64,000 bases of DNA from Trichoplax adhaerens (lineage: Eukaryota; Animalia; Placozoa). The stretch is from assembly GCF_000150275.1 (NCBI RefSeq), contig NW_002060947.1:8402043-8466042 (forward strand), given 5' to 3'. The notes beneath the pieces were generated by a model, which had not been told where the DNA came from, searched no databases, and saw only the letters and a list, made by a program, of their open reading frames with translations. Both the position numbers and the translations under genes were made by a program. Shown piece after piece: positions 1 through 13,867 of the stretch (the stretch's first letter is position 1; the number at the start of each line of letters is the position of its first letter).

Positions 1-788
1 GGATTACATAGAGCTTCCCCTATTGTTTCACGTAAAAATGCGATATCGGCGAATACTGCTTATTCCTATTTGGATACCACAGTTGAACAAAGCAGAAGCG
101 AGGGATTTAGTATACGTAACGTTACCTCTGGAAAAATCAATGTCTTATTCCATTATATTGGTATAAATTCAAAAACGGGTATGTTAATAAGCCCTACATC
201 GCGAGAATTGGCATCCATTGACGGAGCGCTACAGAGGAAAATCGTCACCAAATTTTATTGGGCCTGTGCTGTCATAAGAAATACTTTTTTATCGCGACAA
301 GGTCAAGGAAAGGTTGGTAATGGAGTGATGATTCAAGAACACTAAAATGTTATGTGGCATATTTATGAAGATATTTTGATTATTGTGTTCATTTTAGAAG
401 CCTGAAAATGTGTCGCCAAAATTTGTAAAGAAATCCCTAAATGTATATGAACAAGGTATCTTATTTACTCTTTCACCAGAACGCGTAGGAGGAGGAGGAG
501 GAAAGAAATTACGTAAACCGCTCAGATACTGGGTTATAGGGTATGTTTTCGATAGACATGATACTGCATTAATTATTCATTAAATAATAGCAGAGATAGA
601 AATTTTGAATGAGGTCTTCATTTGACCATGAATACAGTATTGACGATCATATTCTTGTTTCAAAACACAGGAGAATATTCCACGACAATTTTACTCCGAT
701 ACATGAATTTTATTTTAGCTATCACGAATCTATCTCTCAAAATATTTGTGAAGTAGCTCACCGTATTGGTTTTGCATGGAATAAATAG
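1..788 (+). CDS. INTU: Inturned planar cell polarity protein (CPLANE subunit), 3' exons encoding the C-terminal longin region; 5' part lies outside the window
   Basis: Exons <1-312, ~398/401-540 and 671-788 (stop TAG 786-788). Translation includes NVTSGKINVLFHYIGINSKTGMLISPT...FYWACAVIRNTF, EQGILF...LRYWVIGRIF and EFYFSYHESISQNICEVAHRIGF*, matching remembered INTU C-terminal motifs (NTLFHYV, EHGVLF, YWVVGRLF, ELYVCFHDS). Confidence 0.88.
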
Positions 789-2118
789 TAACGTAAAAGT
801 GATAGTGGTATATATGATCCTGCAACTACACAGTAAAAAGAAGAAACATGCTCATCAATCGCAGGATTGATGATTATGTACTAGCTATAAAAAAATTGAA
901 TTTTCAGTGATATTTTGAGATGTCGTAAAAGTATTCACCGACGTGTATTTCCCTGAAACAAGGGAAATTCCACTCTGCATTTGTATGTTGGTTGAATCGT
1001 CATAGCTCAATGACTGATATACACGTATATAAAATTTATTAGAAAGAATTCTTGAAAAATTTTTGATACTCAGTTTTCTATTTTCACGACATTTATATTT
1101 GATAATGTATATGGAGAAAATTTATGCTCAATCTTTTAATGATCTTTCTATCTGCTTTGTTTTGACCATGCGAAAATTTTTTACATTTGATTTGCATCAT
1201 TTGTACATATCATTATCAATTTTGAAATTATATACAGCATAGCGCTTCTAATGAAGGCAATAAAATAAGTTAATAATAAGGCAATCGGTTTATAATTAGT
1301 TCATGAATAGTCTGCTATGGAAGTAGGAACATAAGCCAATGCTGGTGCGAGCCTGGTGTCCATCCATGCTAAATTTGGATTATGACATAAAGTAAATTAA
1401 GTTCTTCTTTATTAATATCCTTTCAAATTTAATTTAGTAGTGACGAATTTTAGCTGAAGTTGCCAAAGTCTACTATGCAGGAGAAGCCAATTCGTTCATG
1501 GCCATTATTCATAATTATCCATCTTGTACTTGTATAATGTGAATTTTAAAATGGTCTCCTTCCTAAAAGTAATATCGATAGTGTTTAGAATATATAAAAT
1601 TATGACTAAGATCAGCAGCGTAGCTGGACTTGGACTGATTAGACCTAGACATGGACTACGACAAGTTAAGATTCTTTCTTCTAGTCGTCCAAGACCTAGG
1701 CAGCATGTGCAAAAACGCAGAAATATCATCATATGCTGCAATGATACTGCATCAGTTGAAATAGTATCCTTCAACTTCTAGATCATTGAAAGGCTCAAAT
1801 GCATCTAATTAGAATCAACGTATCAACAAGCTTATTATGCAATTTAGAGTAGGCAAAATAAGATATTTAAAGATGAAGAATTTTTCTTCAGCTCGATTTC
1901 TTGTTCTCTCAAAGCTGCATTATGGCAGGTTTATAGTCTACTATCTCGATCATCCACTATGGCCCATACAATATAGTACACAATATCTGTATTGTTGTCT
2001 TTGGCAAGGATTACTTTTGATCATACATGATATCTGGTAATCCCCTCGGTCCATCTATACGTCCGTCACCGTCGCCTCCTAGCCCCACATACAGTGGAAA
2101 TGAATAACATAGTCCACA

Positions 2119-3882
2119 ATGGCGGCCAGTAAATCAATCCTTCAACCAATTGCCTCTTTATTCCGATCGCAGCGACGGCTATGGACAAATTTAGTATTCA
2201 ATAAGCCTAGACTGAGGTATAGTAGTAATAAAGCTGACGATCCTACTTTTAAAGAAATAGATACCGTGACTACATCGCTTAGAATCGATGCTATTGCATC
2301 CAAAGGGTTAGGCATATCGCGCAGGTAAGATGATTTCAGACATCGACTAAATTAGGCTGAAGGGATGGATGTTATCGCTCTTGAGGCCATCATTATACTG
2401 CAGTTTACTTCATCATGATGGCAATCTACATAACTTGAATTGGTTGTATAGGAAATTATGGGAATATTGTTTACGTGGTTACGTCAGTGTCAATGGAATC
2501 AAGATCAAAAAGAAAAGCGCTGAGGTAAATTGCAACAGCTGGCCCATCTACAACACAACAATGCATTGAAAAAGCAGCATGTTACTCAGGAAATAGTTTG
2601 ATTAATTTTGATTGGGATAAATGTGAATGTTTTCAATTTTCTTCTGCATTAAGATATTAAAGAATAAGTGCACTTATGTATGAAAATATAGAATTACATG
2701 TAGGGGCAGAAATTATGACGATTATGAGACACAACGATGCAATAGAGACTGCATGTTACTCAGGGAATAGCTTGACTAATTTTGGTTGATGATCAATGTT
2801 AACGCTTCTAGTTGTCCTATGTATTGAGATATTAAGGACTAAGTGCACTTAAATATGAAATTATAGAATTACACATAGCACAAGAATTATTTTGATTAGT
2901 ATTGGAGGTCAATTTCAGCTGTAGTGCAAAACAGAAGCCCATTTATGTATAACAGTAGAGCTTTCTTTCGACAGATGATAAATAATCAGGTCAGAATATT
3001 CGAATTAAGTTGGCTCATAGGACATGGTATTTCGTTTATTTCACTAGTTAATCTTATACTTTAATGTAATGATTTGTCGTTAGCTAGCGATAAAGATGGA
3101 TGTAACTAACAATTAAGTAATTAATTTAAATATTGTAACATACATTCTACTAATTGATCGGGCTTGTATAGCAATACTAATATAAGATTAGTATTTTCTA
3201 CTATAGGCTGATGTACAAGCAGTAATTAGTATTCCACGTAGTTTTAATATAAATTAAAGTAATAATCTTAGTGTTTTCTCATCGTGCTAATGTACCTGTT
3301 ACTGGTAAAAAATTTCATATTGTTGCGAATTACCTATTAATAATAATATTCGTAAGCTGGCTCTACATGCTAAAATAATAATCTGTACAGTTATAACTTA
3401 CTTTCAGCATCAACATAAATATGGTTGCAGGATTTAAAGTAAATCAGATTTATCACAGTAATGCGGTAATAGAACTTAACATGTAGTAAAATTATCGTTG
3501 ATGGATTAGGCATTTATTCCATTAATTGATTCCTGTCTTGGAATAGCAATTTAAAACAAGTCGCTAGATTTGTAATACTCGTGCTTTACAAATGGACGTA
3601 TACTATTACTGTTGAAGAGATACATCTAATTTAAGCTTTATGATGACTTCATTATCCTTGTTCTATTTTACATTATGGTCAATGCAGCTCAATTCTTTCA
3701 TTTTCTGTTCTATAACTATTTGAAAGGTCAAAAATCGAGACAAAGTTATTATTGATGGACCAGGTATTAATCGTGGCTACGTTGAAGTCATAGAAATTGG
3801 CAATTTAACTAAGAAAGGAAATTATCATATTCGACTTAAGCGCTGTAAACGTTTACTTAAAGGAAATGAATTGGGCCTTTAG
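2119..3882 (+). CDS. MTRES1: Mitochondrial transcription rescue factor 1 (C6orf203)-like protein with S4-like RNA-binding domain
   Basis: Exons 2119-2324, 2452-2524 and 3727-3882, all GT-AG and in phase. Arg/Ser-rich N-terminus resembles a mitochondrial presequence, followed by SLRIDAIASKGLGISRRK...VSVNGIKIKKKSAEVKNRDKV...TKKGNYHIRLKR. Confidence 0.82.
2577..2890. repeat. Diverged tandem duplication (~173-bp period, 2 copies) in intron 2 of the MTRES1-like gene
   Basis: gcatgttactcagg..aatag..taattttg..gatattaa..taagtgcactta..atagaattaca occurs at ~2577-2716 and ~2750-2890. Confidence 0.8.
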
Positions 3883-6745
3883 TAGACATAGACGCCGAAC
3901 TTTTACTGTAGGAAGCTGGATATAAAGTTTAGTAAGGGAAATCTCGCAACTTACACTGTTGGAATGTAAATATTAAATTATGTTACTATCATGATCAAAA
4001 TAAGCTCGTATACTACTAATATTAATAGTACTCGATGGAATCATTTATGATGTTTGCTATGCTATCAAAAAGGGAAACTAAGTTCTTAATCATTGATTTG
4101 ATAGACTCTTAGTTTTGATGAACTGAATGCGCTATACTGCACATGATACCACTTTTCTAAATGAAACAAAATTATTGTTCTATTCGATTAAAATTTTATT
4201 TATGGTATTATTTTTGAAACTTATTTTGGAGATAAAGATACAGTCTTTTTAAGATTGCTTGCAGTTACTGAAAGCAAGCTTACTAGTTGAATAACTATAA
4301 GCAGGTTTGTGATATCATATGTTGTAGTAAGGGGGCAGCTGTAGGCATTCAAAGTTATATCTGATGAGACTTATAAATGCGTTGATGTTAAGATTTTGAT
4401 GGTAGTATGGTAGATTCGGCTGTATGGCATTGATGTTTGACATTTGTTACTTACCCATTGAGATGGTAATTTCGATAGTTTGCACTACTGCTAATTTGTC
4501 ACTGTTGAGAAGGAAGAGCATAAAAGCCATCATTACAATACTGTACATGCATATCAATGGAGATTTTTATTACTTTCGATAACTATTACATGAAGCTGGT
4601 TAGGAAAGTGTTAAGTAGCGTGCCTTTTCCGAAATATTTTCTTACAAAATCATGAAAAAAATATCATCAATTAAGATCCAGGATATAACATTTTCAAATC
4701 CATTAGATATTTTATGACTGAAAATGTAAATAAATTCATATCCATCCATCCAATTTTGAATACTATAGAAGGTCCATGGAGATAACGACTATATTGTAAA
4801 ACTGTTATTGACGTGATTGCATGGAAATATTCACGTTTACATGAAATTGCGATAATTTCATACAGTGTTAATTGCGTATGCTATTGAATTAGGCTACAGT
4901 CATGACCGGAATAAATGTAGGAACTGGTTGTTTCATTTGCTCGGATATCTGCTAATTTTATGTTAGTTTCACCCGATTCTATAAATAAATGCAAACTACC
5001 AATGTAGTTAGTTTCGAAGTTTAATCATGTGAATATATTAAAAACAAACAGTAATTTCTACTGAACTTATTTCTGAAGGAATAAATCGGTGCTGGAGATT
5101 TATAGTAACTACTACCACTGCATAATACTTGATTTAAAGCCATGAATACTGATACATCATTAATATTAGGCTGCCACAACTTAATTTTGATATCCCATCA
5201 AGCGGACATCTAGCTTAAAAAGATATCATGTATTTCACTATTCTCTTCATCCAATCCAGTAAAATAAATGCCGAACTCCGAGACCAATTTTTAAGTTAAT
5301 TTCAAGACAGAAATCTAAAGAAAGTCTTTCAGGGATTTATTAAATAGTAAATTCTGCGAACGTGATAACGTTATGATTGATGTTGGCATATTTCTACGAA
5401 AAGCAATTTATAAAACTGTTTAGCCCAATACAGTGAATAAGCCTAGAATCTCAACTCTCATTTTTGTCTCCTTTCCAAATTGAATCTAATGAAAAGTTTT
5501 CATAAATTAATTGAAAATTTTAGGTTGCCATGACCGTTCGTAAAGATAAAATAAGCCAACGTTAGAGATCTATCTTAATTAAGCTCAATTACTTAATTGG
5601 AAAGATTAAAGTAAAAGTAAACTAAAAGTATATCAATGAATATATTATTTTATGCCTAGAAAGAGTATCAATTTCTATACTCATATTACAGTCATTTAAA
5701 ACCATAGGTAAATTAATTCTATTTTGAATAGTTCGGTTCAGCGATATTCTTGACCCGTAGTTAAGACAGACTCGTTAAATATCTTATTAATTGAGAACTA
5801 GAAATTCAATATTAATATTAAAAACTATAAGCAAAAGTAATCTATCTGATTAAGCCTAGCTATGTGTATATAATGAAACAATGGCTTATATTGATTAATT
5901 TTATTTTATAACCAAATAAAGTGAGTTCAACAATGTTATTCTAATCTTGGAAGCTATAAATAAAGGCAATGTGTCATTAATTGATTGGATAGTTTAGCCA
6001 TGTGGGTACTACAAATCAATAGTTTATACTGATTCATTTTTGAGTCTAATGGAAAATCAATAACAGAATCCTATACTTATTTTAAAACTATCACTAATAA
6101 TAGCAGTTCGGAACTTAAATCAAAACGCTTTAAGATGAGGTAGAGAGATAAATGATATAAGATATTGACCTGTATCTTTAATAAAATCGTTATCTGCGCT
6201 AAAATCTTTCCCAAACACTAATTTTAAAGCTATAATTAACAACACTCTGATAATAACTGATCAGCAAGTGAAAGAAATGGATTGAATGAACAATAGTATA
6301 CATCCAAAAAGGCTTGTTAGATGGTCTATATACTCGTACATGAAAGGAGTGCGCAACATCTTGATAATAAATTGTCCACCAGATGTTGGATATTCTGCCA
6401 ACGTGGTGGAATAGCAGTGGACAGTCATAAATGCCGCATGATTCGATATACAATCATACAGTATATAGTTTTAGATTATTGAACATAGAACAAAATCTTT
6501 TGTTATATTACTCAGGCATGATCATGTCTAGGTATTATTACACAAGGCCATTTGATCTTAGTTAATATTAATATACGAGTTCTTGAAAGAAGCCCATTTG
6601 CACGGCATTCGAAAGAGTAAAAAATAGTGAAATAGCGTTATCATTCCAATTATAGTTTAAATATCTATTCCGTTATTAGTAACGAGCAGTTGCATCTTGA
6701 CATTTTTCTTTTTTACAAAGCTTCAGCCATTAACCACTTTTCTAT

Positions 6746-9344
6746 ATGAAATTTCTAAGTATTACCGATAAAGGCATTTCTTGTGTTTTCTGGTTAACCT
6801 TTTTCATCAGTTCCATTTCCATTGCTTTAAATCTAGCTGTTATTCTAGGCCACACGTCGTTACCAGGTAAGATAATTTCACGTCATCATTCACCAGTAGT
6901 CAAAACCACTTCGAAAATAGTGTCGAATAACTTCTCATCGATCTACGAGTAAATTCTATTCTGAATCCGTACAACTTTCGATTCAGTATTTGTGTCTGAT
7001 TCTATTTCTATAAGGTTATAATTTATAAAACTATAATTACAAATAGAGATTAAACTCATTTTATACTAATGATGTTATATAGTTGAGAAATATCGAAATT
7101 CATATTTACATTCACAATTTAGTCATCAAAACATGGGAAAAACTTAGAGGGCCGCCAGGTATACCTGGTCCGCCGGGGCCTCGTGGAGAGCGTGGTTTTC
7201 GAGGTAGGATTTGAATATCAGATGAAATACTTTATATCACTAGTAAGATTAAAAGCTCTATAACCAATGATGAAATAATACGTATTCCAGCAGATTATAC
7301 AAGCATTTCTATACAATATTTTATCACTTTAGAAAGTTTATAATACGCTGTAATAAAATTCAGGATAGATCTGATCGGACTATTGCATATTGGATAAACA
7401 GATATTTCACTTTTACCATAAAGAATTGTAAGAAAATTGGGGGGGGGGGTACATCATCATGTTCACGAGCAGTAAAAGTAAATTATAGTTGCCAAAATAA
7501 TCAAATTTTAACGTACAAAGAAGTCTATAGAGGTCTTATGACACCGCTTCAATATCATCCTTATTTTATGCAATCATTTGATAAGCTTTCTTTCTCGATT
7601 TCGTAGTGTAATTTAAATTTTGAATCAACTCTTTAATCTTATAATAATCATAAGAGCACTAATTCAGGTTTGTATCGTATCTCTAGGAATAACAGGACGC
7701 CCTGGAATGCAAGGATTAAAAGGAGAAAAAGGTCAGATGAGTGTCTAAGAACCAGATTTAAATCTAAACATTCGATTAGGACAATTTAGTGGAATTCCCT
7801 GCAATAAAATATTAAACTACTTTACTTCCCATTTTCACATGACGAAATTGAAATTATTACTTCCATTTCATATCCACTATTAACTAATAATTGCAATAAA
7901 GTAGATAAAATGATCATACTTAGTATTACTGAGAAAAATTCATAGCTTTAATTCCCATAAAATCCATTTTTAATTATTAGGCGAATCTGGATTGGGTGAT
8001 AAAGGTATGTTTGGCGTAAAATCGCACGTTATTCTATGGTGCATTAGGATGTTCACATTACCAAATCAGTCAACATTACAGAGAATTTATTGCATAGACT
8101 AATCATAAGTTCTGTAGAAATCAAATTGAAACATCTATTCCTGCAATAGCCTCGTTTGTAGTATAAAAATCATTATTATTAAATTTATTTACAGTATAAT
8201 AATTCTATACTTCAGGAACGAATGCTGGGCCTCCAGGGCCTCCAGGCCCACCAGGACCACCCGGGCCTCGAGGTAAGAGAAACTTTAAAATTACTCGTTA
8301 ATTTATGTCAGATTGAAAGTAGTCTAATTTTATTGTTGCCGAATTTTTATAAAAATTTGTGGATAAGGTGTAATACAGTTAAATAAATGCTATAGCATGA
8401 GATTTAGAACAAGCAATATATATGTAACTGATATCTAGGTCCACCAGGACCCGGTGATGGAGGACAGGAGAATGAGGTTGATCCAATAGGAATATTAGGT
8501 GAGTCAATTGCAATTTCACCTTATGGTCTTCTATAATGTGCCTCTATTTTAAAGATTCTCCAAACAATATTTTATGTTAGATGTACAAAAACGAATCGAT
8601 CTACAAACACAAAATGTCGGCAATAATGCTAATCAGTGGGCCGCTGAAGGCAGCACTGATAAAATGGGCAACCAAGGAGAGGAAGTAAAACAACAACAAT
8701 TTCAGCAGCAGGTATTGCAGCAACAGCAACAACAATTGCTATTACAACAACAATTACAACAACAGCAACAACAGCAGCAGCTGCAGCAGCAATCAGTTCA
8801 ACAACCACCACTACAACAACAACAACAACCAGTATTCCAGCAAGTGCATATACAGCAGCAGCAACAACAACCTATGCAACAGCAGCAACCGCCTGTTCAG
8901 CAACAAGTACCAATACAACAGCAGCAACAACCTCCTATTCAGCCACCAATACAACAACAACCAATACAGCAGCAACCTCCTTTACAGCAACAACCAATGC
9001 AGCAACAGCAATTGCAACAGCAGCAACAACAACAGCAACAGCCACCTATGCAGCAGCAACTTAATTTTGACCAGCAACAGCAAATGCCACCAGTGCAAGC
9101 ACAACAGCAGCCACTGCTACAACAACCTCAAATGCAGCAGCAACAACAGTTTCAGCAGCAAGCAGCTCAGCAACAACAACAATTTCAACAGCAAGGGGCC
9201 AACATGGGCGGCCAACACACAGGCCAAGCAGATAATAACTTTGCAAATGCTGGTATTCCACCAGGATCAAATATAGGAGGTGCAAATGCTCAAGACGGTC
9301 AACAAATTCCCCAAAATGTTATGCAAGGAGGAGCCAGAGTTTAG
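6746..9344 (+). CDS. Signal-anchored or secreted short-collagen protein with Gln/Pro-rich C-terminal domain (383 aa)
   Basis: Seven exons joined by phase-1 GT-AG introns: 6746-6866, 7123-7203, 7687-7731 (45 bp), 7981-8004, 8216-8272, 8439-8498, 8581-9344; total 1152 nt. Encodes a hydrophobic N-terminal segment, (Gly-X-Y)12, an interruption, (Gly-X-Y)6, then a poly-Q/PQ tail. Confidence 0.85.
8689..9194 (+). repeat. Coding CAA/CAG-rich low-complexity tract (poly-Gln with interspersed Pro)
   Basis: Mixed CAA/CAG codons inside the last exon of the collagen-like gene. Confidence 0.9.
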
Positions 9345-10226
9345 GTTACATACAGTTTGATGAGGTATAGCCTGATTAAAGTAATTTTGAGATACGCGCA
9401 TGCAATACCCTACAAAGATCTTCAAGGAACTATTCCGTTGCATTTGTTATTAGCCTTATATTCGCCTTTTACACCATTGTCATCGTAATGATGGCATATC
9501 TACCAATGATAACATGATTTAATGCCTTTCCAGTCAAAAATTAGCAACATTTTGATGATTTTACTTGTACGTTTGGACTACTCTACAAGCTATGCTGAAT
9601 ACGTTGTATCAATATGTTACCTGTTTATGAATCATTTATCGAATTTCCAAACACAATTTCTTTAAAGTATTATATAAATGTAATAATATGTATCGATGCT
9701 GATCTATAGTCTTATCATGCTACTTCTGAAATTCTATGCTAGCGTATAATTCGATATCTAATAAAAATGATATTAAATTTATTCTGGTAGTAGTTTAATT
9801 GGATGCAACTATCTAGCTACAAGAAGTCATTCATTGAAGGCATTCAATACATTTTAATATACCACTAATGCATTTATTAAAAAGCACAAACAGCGTCCAT
9901 AACTATTATCCTTTGCAAAACATCATTATAAAGAATTGATTTGCTAATAACATTACATGCGAATTAACTAAATACTAATTGCTTGAACATAGAATCAATC
10001 GATTTTCCTTTTCACTACGCTTTTATGTATGCTCGAAATCTACGAAGTGCAGATGATAATTATTTCCCTTTCAAATATATAATACTTGACATCATTGCTG
10101 TCAATTTTAATTTAAGGAGAAAATATTTTTAAAACTATTCATCGAAACTAGTAATAGATTGAGTACACTACACTTTACAGGAACTGCGAAGTGATGTATT
10201 AGTATCGGATAGCATCAGTTATAGTA

Positions 10227-13200
10227 TTAGATGCTGATAGCTTTGATCTGACAGCTTGGATTTTCGATATCGTGCTTACTTTGCACTAATCGTAATTCTA
10301 ATTGAGCTGAATTTGGCGATTTACCTTCGCCAGCTAGTTCTGTAAAAGAAAGAGCAAAGTTTATAAGGAGTGCTTTCAATGAATTGATATAAAAGTATCG
10401 ATGAACGTACTTCTAGCATGGGCAATTGTACGCTTTAAAATGTTCTGAATGGATGAAATGGTTTTCTCACAGGCAAGCTAATTGAATGAAATAAGTAATT
10501 TCAACTTTATTGATATGAATTTGAAATAGCTTATTCTGTCCTTATTTCATAATTACCGATAAGCTGTCAGGATGATGAGAGGTCCAAGCTAGTAAAAGAC
10601 TGGCAAATAAATCTCCAGTACCGACAAATGCAGCCTCAACCCTAGGTATCTCTAACTTTATTCGCTGTTTTTTACCATCACCTTTTCATAAAGGGTAATA
10701 ATTTGATTAATTTATCAGCTAAAAATCGTGTTAGCCATCATTTTGTAAATTCTACCTAAGTTAACGCTACCATAACCAATCAAGAATTCGCCACTGCCAA
10801 GTTCTGAACTACTAATTACCACAGTTTTGATGCCTTTGCTATGTAGAATATCCATTGCTTCAATAGCACTTTTTTCATCGACAATTTTAACGTCAGTAAG
10901 TATTCTTGTTTCATAACCAAAAATAAAAAACACAACCGATCAATAAGTAATTTTTACTTAACAGGCACGATAAATGATTCTACTATCTAATACATTAACA
11001 TTGATCTTACTCAGCTTCAAATTGGTTAGGGGTTATAATATCAGCTAGAGGGATAACTTCTTCACGGTATATAGGTAATAATTCTTTAGGCACATACTGA
11101 AAAAGGTCATTCGGCATTGTTAAACAGACATAGCAAGCGCAAAAGTTAACATTGATAGCTAATTAAGCCCAGAACTTACCATTATCCCATTGTCACCCAT
11201 GACAGGATCGCATACTAAATTTTAATTAATTAAAGATTACAAATTATATTGCCTTGTTTAATTAGTTAGAAATTTATAGTCCATACAAAATTTATAGAAA
11301 GAAGCTGTAATCTACCATAAATTAGGTTTGGATTGGTTTCTTTTAGAGATCGAATAACTCGGGATATGCAGTGAAGGAAAGACTCCGATCCAACGTAACC
11401 TACAGCAAAGTGTAAGTAAATTTAGATTCCGGAATTGATAGCGTGCTCAATATTCAAGAATATTTGAGAGATTAGTGCCTCCAAAGACACAAAATTTGCA
11501 AGTGTCTATTCGTCTATAGTAGTTGTTACCTGTTAGGAGATGGGAATACTCGTGCAAGTTATTTTCTCTCAGTCCTTCATATAAATCCCATAACTCAGTA
11601 GCATTCAAGATTTGACCTTTCCATTTTCCGTATTCTAAATTGGAATTTCACAATTATTGGGGCGATATTTTGTTGCATCATTATACATACTGTGATTATT
11701 ACGTAACTATCAAAACATTTGTTACAGGTAACTTTTTTCATATCCATTCCTTACCAGTATGATTAGAGAACTGAACGGAATTGATCACATCGACATCGAA
11801 TCCAAGAACCTGATTGCAAAAATGAAAGATAAATGGATATGATTATAAGTAATAAATAGATGGCTTGTCATTTTGTATTTATACAGCACAGGGATCAATA
11901 AAATCTGTACTGTCAGTGGGTAAAATTATGCAAAGATGACACGCCAATTTAAAGACGAGGGCCTATGTATCGACTTGGATTGGAGCTTTGGAATCAGCTA
12001 TGATACTGGTTTATTCGCCTTGACGCCGAAACAGTAGTTTACTAGAATTTGCGGTAATCTACATGAAAAAATTCAAGCTGATGCAAGAGGGAGATTTTTC
12101 ATTCATCATCATTTTGCAATGGAGTATGGTGAATAGACGAAATTGCTATTACTCTCCTCATATAATGACTGTGGCCCAAGAAGATCACACAAGGTGCGAC
12201 TCGATATGTTGACGCCTTCCAACAAGTTGAAGATTTACTGAACGATGCTGACGGTAAAATGCATTCAAATGCTCTTACATAAAGTTAATTTGATTACGAC
12301 CACAGGAAGTAAATTACTAAAGCAATCTATTTACTTGTACAACGACAATGGGTCTGGGATAAATCACGGATACAAGTGCTTCTATGTTGATGTTTATTTT
12401 AAGAATAAGCCGATCTAAAGGTGTGTACACTGTTCAAGGACTATTTAATCATTCAATGGCAAACTGATAGGGAGTGGAAAAAATAGCAAACAACTTTATC
12501 TTCATTTTACGTGTATGAAATCGATCAAGGTGGGTGTACAAGTAGGAACGATTAAACTATCGTCGAGCTACACTATGACTGTACAAGCTATACTGGCATG
12601 TTATCCATTCATTAATGAAAACTGCATCATCGTATCCAATTAGATTAGCAGCATTCAAAAGTCTTCAACTGGAACGACTTTAGACGAAATTATTAGACAT
12701 TGCAGAATCAAGTTTCCATCCGTATTGCAAGACTAACCCTAATAGATTATTATAACTTATTAATGAATTCATGATATATAATTATTTAATTATTGAGAGA
12801 GTTACAGAAATGGCCAATAGTACTTGCATGAAATGATAAGCCGTAGTATTGCATTCTACACTATTGTGGTTCAACAAAATCAGTCAAAAATTAGCCAACA
12901 TTGGTTGGGCAGCTAACTACTACGTTATTACAGTATCCATCAACTGACCAATTGATAATGATGATACTGTCTTACAAGCCAAAAAAATGCAACCCCTCCA
13001 CGTTTTCTTATCGTGCTGGGTGTTTACACTAAGTACGCAAATACCGTCGATAAAGGTTATCCAACAGGTGAATAGTGATGGCTATGGCAACTTAGCAATC
13101 GATCAATCCAACCCTTATCCAGAGTAATAGTGAATACCGTACTCGACAAAGCTGGATGGAATGCAGTACAGTCTATTTCTTGCCTATAAACTCAATACGA

Positions 13201-13427
13201 TGATGAAGAAACCTTGGATATAAGGGAGATTGATTCGATTCCATCATCTTGCTATGCTTTTACAGTATAATGCTATCTATCGCCTTAACTAGATAATCTA
13301 TTGTTGATGACCATCAAGCGGTAGTTGGATGGCCGTAATATACCTGTAATGGAAATGTAGCAGATCGATTACCAACATAACCATGGACAACATGACTTTG
13401 AATAGATAGAACTTTACTATCGCCCAT
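10227..13427 (-). CDS. PDXK: Pyridoxal kinase (ribokinase/PfkB superfamily)
   Basis: Ten coding exons: 13427-13344, 11809-11755, 11634-11530, 11399-11316, 11214-11180, 11096-11011, 10904-10756, 10681-10557, 10477-10411, 10339-10227. Motifs [51 protein letters not shown] and ELRLVQS. Confidence 0.96.
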
Positions 13428-13560
13428 TATTTCAGTGGATATTTTTCCTGGCTTGAGGGTAGCTAAAGGAAAGTAAACCAATTTCAGGTGTTGAAAAGGG
13501 AACTGAAGAAGACGAAGAGAAGCTGAATAGTAAAGCTTTACTTTACTTGGCTTACTACGC

Positions 13561-13582
13561 CTTACTGCGACGGCGCAGTAAG
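13561..13582. promoter_or_regulatory. Perfect 9-bp-stem hairpin in the PDXK 5' leader region
   Basis: CTTACTGCG-ACGG-CGCAGTAAG is seen directly; its function is unknown. Confidence 0.45.
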
Positions 13583-13867
13583 ATGCTTTCCATTGGTGCT
13601 CATGTCCACCAATGATACTCGCACCACGCAATCGGGTGAGTTGAGTCAATGCAAAGTCAACCAACAACACTCGCACCACCTTCGTAATCGGGTGACTTGA
13701 GTCATTGGTTGACCCCTCAGTCCATCTCTTTATTGCTGTCACGTGAAGGTAGAGGACAATAACCAAAGTAAACAACCAAAGCCAGCAAGAATAGTGTCCG
13801 ATGACCTCCGTAGCTTACAGCCCTAGACTCACTGTGACTTGTGACTATGAGCTGGTTTCATCATAGC

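Noticed and set aside
1300-2110. ORFs 1505-1774, 1524-1781 and 1837-2040, or a gene divergent from MTRES1
   Set aside because: No recognisable motif and no consistent exon chain could be built.
8629-9285. Antisense and alternative-frame ORFs rich in Val/Ala or Asn/Ser
   Set aside because: These are shadows of the CAA/CAG poly-Gln tract.
13428-13775. N-terminal part of the 153-aa ORF 13314-13775 as a PDXK extension
   Set aside because: Similarity to pyridoxal kinase starts at [12 protein letters not shown] (13427). The upstream part begins at a non-ATG codon and reads through probable UTR/intron sequence.
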